Assembly (NCBI GenBank): GCA_964394645.1
Contig: CAYMYC010000001.1
Location: 479,359 to 543,358 of the forward strand
DNA length: 64,000 bases
Direction: 5' to 3'
From: an uncultured Gammaproteobacteria bacterium
GTDB lineage: Bacteria > Patescibacteriota > Microgenomatia > Levybacterales > GWA1-39-11
The first letter of the stretch is position 1, and every line of letters starts with the position of its first letter. Positions 41,595 to 50,101 of this stretch are shown here, piece after piece. Under the pieces are notes generated by a model that saw only the letters and a program-made list of their open reading frames with translations, was not told the DNA's origin and did no database searches. The translations under genes and the position numbers were made by a program.

Positions 41595-42434
41595 ATGGAT
41601 GAGAATTTAGTAGCAAACGTACCTACTGAGGAGTCTGATGGGATCCCAGATAACAAAAAGTCATTACTTGAAACAGTCCGAAGTAGAATTCCTGACGCAT
41701 CTCACTTTGCCCGTTCAGTACTCATCCCATTAGTAGTAGTTTTAATAGTTATTTCATTAGGTTCAGGAGGTACATATCTGGTTGCATCTAATATGTTTAA
41801 CAAACCAGTAGAAACTGCAGAAACTCCCCGTATCTCAGAGGCAGATATTCCTGTTTTCCCAACAGCAGTTCCACCAACACCAACTCCAAACGTGGTATCA
41901 ACTGATGAAGAATTAATTCCGTCTGCAACTCCTACGGCAAGTCCTGCTGCAGGGTGGAGTACCTATACATTTTCTGCTTTAAATCTTACATTTTCCTATC
42001 CACCAGGATGGTTTGTAAATGTTTCGCAAACATCAGGTGCGCCATATCTTTATGTACAAAATTTTTCAGGTAATATACCATTTGGGTATACGCCTGGACA
42101 ATTTGCAATTCTTGTAGCTCGTCTTGAGCAAGTAGGAATAGTAACAGTAGATCAACTAATTTCTCAGTTGGCTCTTAATGCGGCAAGTAACACGTTTATA
42201 AACGGAGTAAATATGGGAACAGTAAATGTTAATGGTTCAACCCCTACTACAATAAATGGCTATCAGGCGCTAGAGCGGTCTGTCACATATTCCGCATCTC
42301 CATCCGCTCAAGTAAGTGAAGTTTATGTGTTGGATGGAGTCTCAAATGTAGTTGAGTTTGTGCCTCTTTTGGATACTTCTTACGGTGTTTCTTATTTTAA
42401 TACGCTTCTTTCAACCATTCAGTTCACAAATTGA
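41595..42434 (+). CDS. Membrane-anchored surface protein, Pro/Thr linker plus PsbP-like domain
   Basis: TM, PTAVPPTPTP linker, WSTYT..LTFSYPPGW...LLSTIQF. Confidence 0.65.
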   Translation: MDENLVANVPTEESDGIPDNKKSLLETVRSRIPDASHFARSVLIPLVVVLIVISLGSGGTYLVASNMFNKPVETAETPRISEADIPVFPTAVPPTPTPNVVSTDEELIPSATPTASPAAGWSTYTFSALNLTFSYPPGWFVNVSQTSGAPYLYVQNFSGNIPFGYTPGQFAILVARLEQVGIVTVDQLISQLALNAASNTFINGVNMGTVNVNGSTPTTINGYQALERSVTYSASPSAQVSEVYVLDGVSNVVEFVPLLDTSYGVSYFNTLLSTIQFTN

Positions 42435-42488
42435 TTACATTTGATCTTTTTACTTGACACAGTCATTTTAATACACCACAATAAATAT

Positions 42489-44762
42489 ATGGTTTCCTCT
42501 CACGATTTGGTAGTTTCATTGTCAGACTGTAATTCACATGATGTAAAATTTGTGGGTGGTAAGGCAGCCAATTTAGGAGAAATGATAAATGCTTCGTTTC
42601 CTGTTCCTGGCGGCTTTGTAGTTTCCTCAAACGCATATTTCCTTTTTCTTTCAGAAAATAAACTTGATATAAAGATTAAACATCTATTGGGATCAATTAA
42701 CTTTGAGAGCACAGACTCTCTTTCTCAAGTTTCACATCATATTAAACAGATAATTTTATCATCACCAATTCCTGAAAAAATAGTAAAGGAAGTTTTTTCA
42801 CATTATAAAAAAATAGGTACACAAACGCTTGTTGCAGTTAGATCATCTGCAACATCTGAGGATTCAAAGAAAGCATCTTTTGCAGGACAGCAAGAGACTT
42901 TTCTAAATGTTTCAGGAGAGGCACTACTTATGGATAAAATTCGTGAAGGGTGGGCATCTCTTTTTTCAGCAAGAGCTATGTTTTACAGACATGATGTGCA
43001 TTTGGATCACTTTAAGACAGGGATTGCTTTAGTTGTGCAAAAAATGGTTCAGTCGACTGCAAGCGGAGTTATGTTTTCTATTGATCCTGTAACAAACAAC
43101 AAAAACAAAATAATAATAGAGTCAATTTACGGTCTTGGTGAGTATATTGTGCAAGGTAAGGTTACTCCGGATCATTATGAAGTTGCAAAAAGCGACTTTT
43201 TAATACTTGAAAAAAAAATTGTAAATCAAAAAATAATGTATGTTAAGAAAGGACATGACAATAAAGAAGAACAAGTACCCAAAAAGCTGCAGGACTTGCA
43301 GAAAATAACGGATGAGGATATAGTTACTCTTGCGAAATTAAGTAAAAAACTTGAAGATCATTACTTTTTTCCTCAGGATTCGGAGTGGGCAAAAGAAAAC
43401 GGGAAGATATATCTGGTACAAACACGACCTATAACAACGACTGTAGAAGTGAAAAAAGAAAGTCAGACACCCCAAGCCCTTACGTCTTCTATTGGAAGTC
43501 ATCCTATAATTGTGGGAGATCCAGCAAGTCCTGGGATTGGAATTGGCAAGGTAAAAATTATTCATTCGCTTTCCGACGCATCATCTTTTGAGGCAGGAAT
43601 GGTTTTAGTGGCGAAAGCTACTAATCCTGACTATGTACCTATTATGAAAAAAGCTGCTGCTATTGTTACTGCAGAAGGCGGGAGAACTTCACATGCTGCC
43701 ATAGTCTCAAGAGAATATGGTCTTCCCGCTGTCGTAGGAGCGCATTTTGCACTTACTAAATTGAAAGACGGTATGAGTGTCACAGTTAATGGTAGAACAG
43801 GCGAGGTGTTTCAGGGTAGTCTAAAGATTAAAGAAGAAGTAGTGTCGGAAGAAACTCATGTTAAAACGGCAACAAAGTTATATGTCAATGTAGGAGAGCC
43901 TGAACTTGCTGAAAAGATAGCAGCAATGCATGTAGATGGAGTAGGACTGTTGAGAGCAGAATTTATGATAGCTCAAATCGGTATCCACCCAAAAAAATTA
44001 ATAGAAGATGGTAAGGAAAACCTTTTTATAGAAAGGTTGAGTCAGGACCTTATGACATTCTGTAAGGCATTTTACCCTCGCCCTGTTCTTTACAGAGCAA
44101 CTGATTTTAAAACAAATGAGTATAGGAATTTAAAGGGCGGAAAACCGTATGAGCCCGAAGAATCAAACCCTATGTTGGGGTATAGAGGTGTATACAGGTA
44201 CATAAATGACCCACGCGTTTTCAAATTAGAACTTGAGGCTATAAAACGTGTTAGGGAAAAAATGGGATTTGTTAACTTACGGCTTATGCTTCCTTTTGTA
44301 CGTACCGTAGCAGAGCTTGAATCAGTAAAAAAAATTATTTATGACGCTGGGTTAAAACGGTCTCACACATTTAAGTTATTTATGATGGTAGAAATTCCTG
44401 CAAACGTAATTCTAATTGATGATTTTATAGATTCGGGGATTGATGGTGTTTCAATAGGCTCAAATGATCTAACTATGTTAACTCTTGGTGTAGATCGTGA
44501 CAATGATGAGGTTGCAACGGAATTTGATGAACGTAACAAGGCATTACTGTGGTCGTATGAGAGGGTACTAAAGGCAGCACGTGAACACGGAATTGAAGTA
44601 GGTATTTGTGGTCAAGCACCATCAGAGTTTCCCGATCTTGTTGAGAAGTTAGTTCATTGGGGAGTAAATAGTATTTCTGTTTCTCCTGATGCGGTTATAG
44701 AAACACGCAGGACAATTCACGCGTCTGAGTTAAAACTTCTAAAACGTTTGAAAGGGCAATAA
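42489..44762 (+). CDS. ppsA: Phosphoenolpyruvate synthase
   Basis: VGGKAANLGEM, AVRSSATSED, GGRTSHAAIVSRE, SIGSNDL, GICGQAPS. Confidence 0.96.
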   Translation: MVSSHDLVVSLSDCNSHDVKFVGGKAANLGEMINASFPVPGGFVVSSNAYFLFLSENKLDIKIKHLLGSINFESTDSLSQVSHHIKQIILSSPIPEKIVKEVFSHYKKIGTQTLVAVRSSATSEDSKKASFAGQQETFLNVSGEALLMDKIREGWASLFSARAMFYRHDVHLDHFKTGIALVVQKMVQSTASGVMFSIDPVTNNKNKIIIESIYGLGEYIVQGKVTPDHYEVAKSDFLILEKKIVNQKIMYVKKGHDNKEEQVPKKLQDLQKITDEDIVTLAKLSKKLEDHYFFPQDSEWAKENGKIYLVQTRPITTTVEVKKESQTPQALTSSIGSHPIIVGDPASPGIGIGKVKIIHSLSDASSFEAGMVLVAKATNPDYVPIMKKAAAIVTAEGGRTSHAAIVSREYGLPAVVGAHFALTKLKDGMSVTVNGRTGEVFQGSLKIKEEVVSEETHVKTATKLYVNVGEPELAEKIAAMHVDGVGLLRAEFMIAQIGIHPKKLIEDGKENLFIERLSQDLMTFCKAFYPRPVLYRATDFKTNEYRNLKGGKPYEPEESNPMLGYRGVYRYINDPRVFKLELEAIKRVREKMGFVNLRLMLPFVRTVAELESVKKIIYDAGLKRSHTFKLFMMVEIPANVILIDDFIDSGIDGVSIGSNDLTMLTLGVDRDNDEVATEFDERNKALLWSYERVLKAAREHGIEVGICGQAPSEFPDLVEKLVHWGVNSISVSPDAVIETRRTIHASELKLLKRLKGQ

Positions 44763-44774
44763 TTGAAAAGTAGG

Positions 44775-45467
44775 TTATTGATGGAACATGATGACCAATT
44801 CACCTTTCGGTTGAGATTTTGTAAAGTGGTCAATCATATAAGAGACAGTGCCTCTTAAAAATTCTTCGTACATTTTTGTCATTTCCCGAGCAATAACTAT
44901 TTCTATATCTCCAAATACTTCTTTAAGTGCTTCAAGGCAGCGAATGAGCTTGTGGGGAGACTCATAGAAAATTATTGTTGGTTTTTGGTTATTTTTTGTT
45001 CCTTCTTGAAGGATAAAATGTATGTTTAGAAAAAACTTTTTTTTACGTTCAAAAGAATCTGGAGGAAAGCCCAGAAATAAAAATTTATCAGTTGGAAGAC
45101 CAGACGCACATAATGCAGTAGTTATTGCGTTTGCACCTGGAAGGGGTATGACTTGAAGCTTTCTTTGAATTGCAGTACGTATAAGTTTAAAGCCGGGGTC
45201 TGAAATAAGAGGTGTACCTGAATCTGAAACTAAAGCTATTTTTAGGTTTTGAGCAAGCTTATCAATTATTTCATAGATTTTGTTTTCCTCGTTGTTGTCA
45301 TTTAAAACCATCATCTCTTTTTTTATCCCCAGATGGTAAAGAAGACCTCCTGTAACCCTCGTATCTTCGCAAATGACAAGGTCTGCTGATTTTAATACAT
45401 CTATTGCTCTCAGCGTTATGTCTTGCAAGTTCCCGATTGGAGTTGGTACAATGTATAAAATACCCAT
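44775..45467 (-). CDS. rsmI: 16S rRNA C1402 2'-O-methyltransferase
   Basis: LYIVPTPIGNLQDITLRA, SDSGTPLISDPG, YESPHK, REMTKMYEE. Confidence 0.96.
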   Translation of the reverse strand: MGILYIVPTPIGNLQDITLRAIDVLKSADLVICEDTRVTGGLLYHLGIKKEMMVLNDNNEENKIYEIIDKLAQNLKIALVSDSGTPLISDPGFKLIRTAIQRKLQVIPLPGANAITTALCASGLPTDKFLFLGFPPDSFERKKKFFLNIHFILQEGTKNNQKPTIIFYESPHKLIRCLEALKEVFGDIEIVIAREMTKMYEEFLRGTVSYMIDHFTKSQPKGELVIMFHQ

Positions 45468-45488
45468 ATTGGTATTATACTTTATCTG

Positions 45489-46205
45489 ATGGAAATTTTA
45501 ACAAATGTCATAAACCTATTTCTTCATATTGATGACCAACTTGCCTATATAATAAATCTTCTAGGTCCGCTCACCTATGTTGTTCTTTTTGGAGTAGTAT
45601 TTGCTGAAACAGGGTTAGTTGTAACACCTTTTCTTCCTGGAGACTCACTTTTATTTGCTGCAGGCGCTCTATCTGGTTTAGGGTATTTGAATATAGCTGT
45701 TTTATATCTGTCATTATTAGCAGCAGCAATATTGGGAGACTCACTCAATTACTGGATTGGGAATAAAATTGGACCTCGCGTTTTTGCAAGGGAAAATTCA
45801 CGAGTATTTAAAAAAGAATATCTTGAGAAAACCCGTGAATTCTATGAGAAACATGGGGGAAAAACTATTATTTTAGCTCGCTTTATCCCTATTATACGTA
45901 CATTTGCGCCGTTTGTGGCAGGTGTAGGTAAAATGGACTATAAGTCATTTCTTATTTATAACGTTGTAGGTGCATTTCTTTGGGTGACTAGCTTTGTTTT
46001 TGCAGGTTACTTTTTTGGAGGGCTTCCGTTCATGCAGAAGAATTTTCATTATGCAGTTGTTATTATTGTATTTATTTCACTCATTCCTGTTGTCTATGAA
46101 TTTGTTAAGCATAAATACGGTCACAGGCTTTCAAAAAAACAACTATCCCATGCAAATTACTCTGAGGTAAAGAAAACAGTGAAGAAAAGCACAACTGAAA
46201 ACTAA
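45489..46205 (+). CDS. dedA: DedA family membrane protein
   Basis: FAETGL..PFLPGDSLLF, LARFIPIIRTFAPFVAG. Confidence 0.95.
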   Translation: MEILTNVINLFLHIDDQLAYIINLLGPLTYVVLFGVVFAETGLVVTPFLPGDSLLFAAGALSGLGYLNIAVLYLSLLAAAILGDSLNYWIGNKIGPRVFARENSRVFKKEYLEKTREFYEKHGGKTIILARFIPIIRTFAPFVAGVGKMDYKSFLIYNVVGAFLWVTSFVFAGYFFGGLPFMQKNFHYAVVIIVFISLIPVVYEFVKHKYGHRLSKKQLSHANYSEVKKTVKKSTTEN

Positions 46206-46258
46206 ATAGTTAATTCCTTTACAATAAGTTTAAATTTTTTTGAAGAATAGAAAGGGGA

Positions 46259-46903
46259 TTAGTTAAATCTTCTGATAAGACCCACAACCTTACCTTGTAC
46301 ACGTACAGCTTTTGGATAGATAGGTTCCATGGTGCTATTTGCCGGTTTCAAAATAACTTGTTCACCTTCTTTATAGAATCGTTTTAATGTAGCTAGACTT
46401 TCATCAACTAAGGCAACAACAATATCTCCATTATGAGCAGTTTCAGATTTTTCAATAACCACAAAGTCTCCATCTAAAATTCCGTCTTCTATCATGGATG
46501 TGCCTTTAACTTGGAGAACATAAGAAGTTTTTGTACCTGAAAGCATACTGGAGGCAACCGCAAATGTTGCTTCAGGATCAGTATATGGCTCTAGCGGTTG
46601 ACCTGCAGCAATATAACCCATCAAAGGAAGGGAAATGGACGGACCAAGTGATTTTGAGGTAGGTCCTAGAAGTTTTCCTAGTGACTCTTTTTTTAACACT
46701 TTAAGAGTTCTCAGGTTTCCATCAACTTTTTGGACATAGCCTTTGTCTACCATGGTTCTTATCAAGGCATGAACGGTAGATACGCTTCTTTTTCCAGTAG
46801 CCTGAGCCATTTCTGCCAAAGTAGGGGAGTAGCCATTTTGTTCTTGGAATTGAATAATAAAATTAAGTAACTCCCTCTCTTTTTTATATAATACCGCTGT
46901 CAT
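46259..46903 (-). CDS. lexA: SOS repressor LexA
   Basis: wHTH GYSPTLAEM, IAAGQP cleavage site, GTSM Ser, ATLKRFY Lys. Confidence 0.95.
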   Translation of the reverse strand: MTAVLYKKERELLNFIIQFQEQNGYSPTLAEMAQATGKRSVSTVHALIRTMVDKGYVQKVDGNLRTLKVLKKESLGKLLGPTSKSLGPSISLPLMGYIAAGQPLEPYTDPEATFAVASSMLSGTKTSYVLQVKGTSMIEDGILDGDFVVIEKSETAHNGDIVVALVDESLATLKRFYKEGEQVILKPANSTMEPIYPKAVRVQGKVVGLIRRFN

Positions 46904-46909
46904 ACATAA

Positions 46910-46938
46910 TTTATACGAAAATTACTTGAATTTTACAA
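46910..46938 (-). promoter_or_regulatory. lexA promoter with candidate operator in the spacer
   Basis: TTGTAA-AATTCAAGTAATTTTCG-TATAAA, 6 nt before the ATG. Confidence 0.55.
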
Positions 46939-47024
46939 GATGACAAACAATATCAAAACACCGCATTTTTAGTTTTCAGACGATGTGTTTAGACATGACA
47001 CAGAATATGGTAAAATTATAGGTT

Positions 47025-49001
47025 ATGAACTTTAAACTTCATTCAAAATTTAAACCCACTGGAGATCAACCCACTGCGATTGAAAAACTTTCAACAGGAT
47101 TAAATAAGGGGGAAGAAAATCAAGTATTATTGGGAGTTACAGGTAGCGGAAAAACATTTACTATTGCAAACGTAATACAAAAATATAATAAGCCAACACT
47201 TATTATTTCACACAATAAAACACTTGCAGCGCAAATATACCAGGAAATGCGGGACTTTTTTCCGGAAAACGCAGTTTCATATTTTGTTTCTTATTACGAT
47301 TTCTATCAGCCAGAAGCATACATTCCGACAACTGATACCTATATCGCAAAGGAAACAGAAATAAACGAAGAAATAGATAAGCTGAGACTTGCTGCTACCA
47401 CAAATATATTAACCAGACCTGATACGATTGTGGTCGCATCTGTATCATGTATATATAATCTCGGATCTCCTCAAGAATATGGAAAATTTGTTTTTACTTT
47501 AAAAACAGGAGATGAGTATGAGAGGCAACACATTTTGGAAAGACTACTTGATCTGATGTATGAACGAAATGATTATAATTTTACCCGTGGCACATTTCGG
47601 GTTCGAGGAGAGGTTATAGAGTTGCATCCTGCGTACGATGACTATGTGGTAAGAATTGTTTTAAAAGGAAAAAAAATTGATAAACTGGAAATACTAGACC
47701 CGTTAACATCTGAGAAGAAAGGGGTAAAGGAAGAAATTTCTATTTTTCCTGCAAAACACTATATAACCGATCCTGCATTTTATAAAGATGTATTTACACA
47801 AATTAGACGTGATTTAAAAATAAGGACTGATGAATTAAAGACGCAGGGAAAAGAGTTGGAGGCACATAGATTAAATCAACGCACGGAATATGATCTTAAA
47901 ATGTTGACCCAGCTAGGATACGTAAACGGAATTGAAAATTATTCACGCTATTTTGATGGAAGAAAACCAGGAGACGCACCATTCTCACTTCTTGAATACT
48001 TTGAAAAATCTGATCCGGATTGGCTTCTTATTGTTGATGAGTCCCATATGACAATACCCCAAATTCGTGGTATGTATAACGGAGACAGGGCGCGTAAACA
48101 AATGTTGGTAGATTTTGGATTTAGACTTCCTTCAGCATTTGACAACAGACCCCTAACTTTTGAGGAGTTTTACGGTAAGGTACATAAGACAATCTATATG
48201 AGTGCGACTCCTTCTTTGTGGGAAGTGAAAAAATCAGGTGATAAAAACATTGCAGAACAGTTAATCAGACCTACTGGTGTTGTGGATCCAGAAGTAACTA
48301 TTAAAAAAAGTGATGGTCAAATCTTTGATCTACTCTCTGAGATTAAAGCTGCTATTGAAAAAAAAGGTAGAGTGCTCGTTACAACTCTAACAAAGCGTAT
48401 GGCAGAAGAGTTGTCTTCTTATCTTGAAGATGAAGGAATAGCTGTAACATATCTTCATGCAGATATTCAAACACTGGAACGTCAAGACGTATTAGACGAG
48501 CTAAGAGAGGGTAAATACGATGTGTTGGTGGGAATTAATCTACTGCGGGAGGGACTAGATCTTCCAGAGGTTTCACTTGTCGCTATTCTCGATGCTGACA
48601 AAGAAGGTTTTTTAAGGTCAAGATCTTCGCTTATTCAGATTATGGGGAGAGCAGCAAGAAAAGTTGATTCCCGTGTTATTTTATACGCTGATATTATGAC
48701 AGACTCAATTAAAAAAGCAGTAGCTGAGGTTGAGAGAAGGCGTAAAATTCAACTTGCGTATAATAAAAAGTATAATATTACTGCTAGATCCGTAGAAAAG
48801 TCCATTCGTGAAAAGCTAATTAAAAAAGAGGAAATTCTAGATGATATTAGACCTCTTATGGATAGAGAGATGTTACTTCCTGATCAAAAAAAGAAGGTAA
48901 TTAAAAGATTACGAGATGAAATGAAGAATGCAGTAAAAAATTTGGATTTTGAAACAGCTGCTTTGCTACGAGATAAGATAAAGTATTTAGAGCAGCAGTA
49001 G
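47025..49001 (+). CDS. uvrB: Excinuclease ABC subunit B
   Basis: GVTGSGKT, YYDFYQPEAY, DESH, GINLLREGLDLPEV, C-terminal UVR domain. Confidence 0.98.
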   Translation: MNFKLHSKFKPTGDQPTAIEKLSTGLNKGEENQVLLGVTGSGKTFTIANVIQKYNKPTLIISHNKTLAAQIYQEMRDFFPENAVSYFVSYYDFYQPEAYIPTTDTYIAKETEINEEIDKLRLAATTNILTRPDTIVVASVSCIYNLGSPQEYGKFVFTLKTGDEYERQHILERLLDLMYERNDYNFTRGTFRVRGEVIELHPAYDDYVVRIVLKGKKIDKLEILDPLTSEKKGVKEEISIFPAKHYITDPAFYKDVFTQIRRDLKIRTDELKTQGKELEAHRLNQRTEYDLKMLTQLGYVNGIENYSRYFDGRKPGDAPFSLLEYFEKSDPDWLLIVDESHMTIPQIRGMYNGDRARKQMLVDFGFRLPSAFDNRPLTFEEFYGKVHKTIYMSATPSLWEVKKSGDKNIAEQLIRPTGVVDPEVTIKKSDGQIFDLLSEIKAAIEKKGRVLVTTLTKRMAEELSSYLEDEGIAVTYLHADIQTLERQDVLDELREGKYDVLVGINLLREGLDLPEVSLVAILDADKEGFLRSRSSLIQIMGRAARKVDSRVILYADIMTDSIKKAVAEVERRRKIQLAYNKKYNITARSVEKSIREKLIKKEEILDDIRPLMDREMLLPDQKKKVIKRLRDEMKNAVKNLDFETAALLRDKIKYLEQQ

Positions 49002-49007
49002 ATAATT

Positions 49008-50003
49008 ATGGCAAAATCTCCAGAACTACCACACATATTCCCTAAAGAAGGGCTAATGGAGAAAAGAGCAAATGTTTTAACAAGAATTACGCCTTTTGTT
49101 GAAGAGAAACTAACCTTACTTCTTGACCCGAATAAAGCATGGCAACCCTCTTTGGTTTTACCTAGTCCTGAATCATTAGAATTCAAACAAATTCAACTGG
49201 AAGCAAAAATGCTTACTCCTGAGACAAAAGTTGTAATAGTTGGATCTTTAATCACTGAAGATGGGCTTCCAAATTTTACTGCAGAAATATCAAGGTTTGG
49301 AGAATCCTTTGGGATAGACGAGAAAGAAGACTCCCCATGGGAAAAATGGAGAAGAGGATGGGCTTCTGAAGAGGATAGACATGGAAGACTAATTGAAATG
49401 TATGTTAGAGACTCAGGAGGATTTAATGTTACACAAATTGAAAGAGACGTTCATGCATATATAAGAGATGGTTTTTATCCAGGGCATGGAAAAGACTCAT
49501 ATCAAGCTCTTATGTATACTGCCTGGCAGGAAAGGGCAACACAGGATTCTCATAGGGGACTAGCAAAAGTAGCAAAAACTGCAGGGGCAGAATACCTATA
49601 TAAAGCAGCAGGCAGAATGGCTGGTGACGAGGGGAGACATGCACAGTTTTATATTCCAGTCGTTGGTGAAATATTTAGATTAGATCCTGAAGGCGCAACT
49701 CACTCACTTTCTGAACTAGTTGCAAGAGGTCTTATTATGCCTGGGAGTAAAATGTCTGGGTTCAATGCGTTTGTTGAGGCAAGTTCAGTATCGGGAGTAT
49801 ACGGCGGGATTGAATATACCTCAATTCTTCAAGAACTGATACAGACATGGGGAGTTAAATCAATTTCACTAAGTGGTCAGGCTGATCAAAAAAGGCACGC
49901 TCTGATAGATAGAGCAGATAGGCTAACAAAAATTGCAGAAAGAGCCCGACCTAGAAACAACAGCAATTCTCTTGAAGCTCTCAAGCAGAGGTGGATCACC
50001 TAG
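49008..50003 (+). CDS. Acyl-ACP desaturase family di-iron protein
   Basis: AWQPS..LP, ITEDGLP, WASEEDRHG, QERAT..SH, DEGRH, MPG. Confidence 0.88.
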   Translation: MAKSPELPHIFPKEGLMEKRANVLTRITPFVEEKLTLLLDPNKAWQPSLVLPSPESLEFKQIQLEAKMLTPETKVVIVGSLITEDGLPNFTAEISRFGESFGIDEKEDSPWEKWRRGWASEEDRHGRLIEMYVRDSGGFNVTQIERDVHAYIRDGFYPGHGKDSYQALMYTAWQERATQDSHRGLAKVAKTAGAEYLYKAAGRMAGDEGRHAQFYIPVVGEIFRLDPEGATHSLSELVARGLIMPGSKMSGFNAFVEASSVSGVYGGIEYTSILQELIQTWGVKSISLSGQADQKRHALIDRADRLTKIAERARPRNNSNSLEALKQRWIT

Positions 50004-50101
50004 TCTACTTACTTGAATAAGCTCCTCCAGTTAGTCTATAATGATTAACTTCAAATTTCATTTAGAATCAATTTCGTAAGAAGTTTGTTTAATCTAAAAA
50101 T

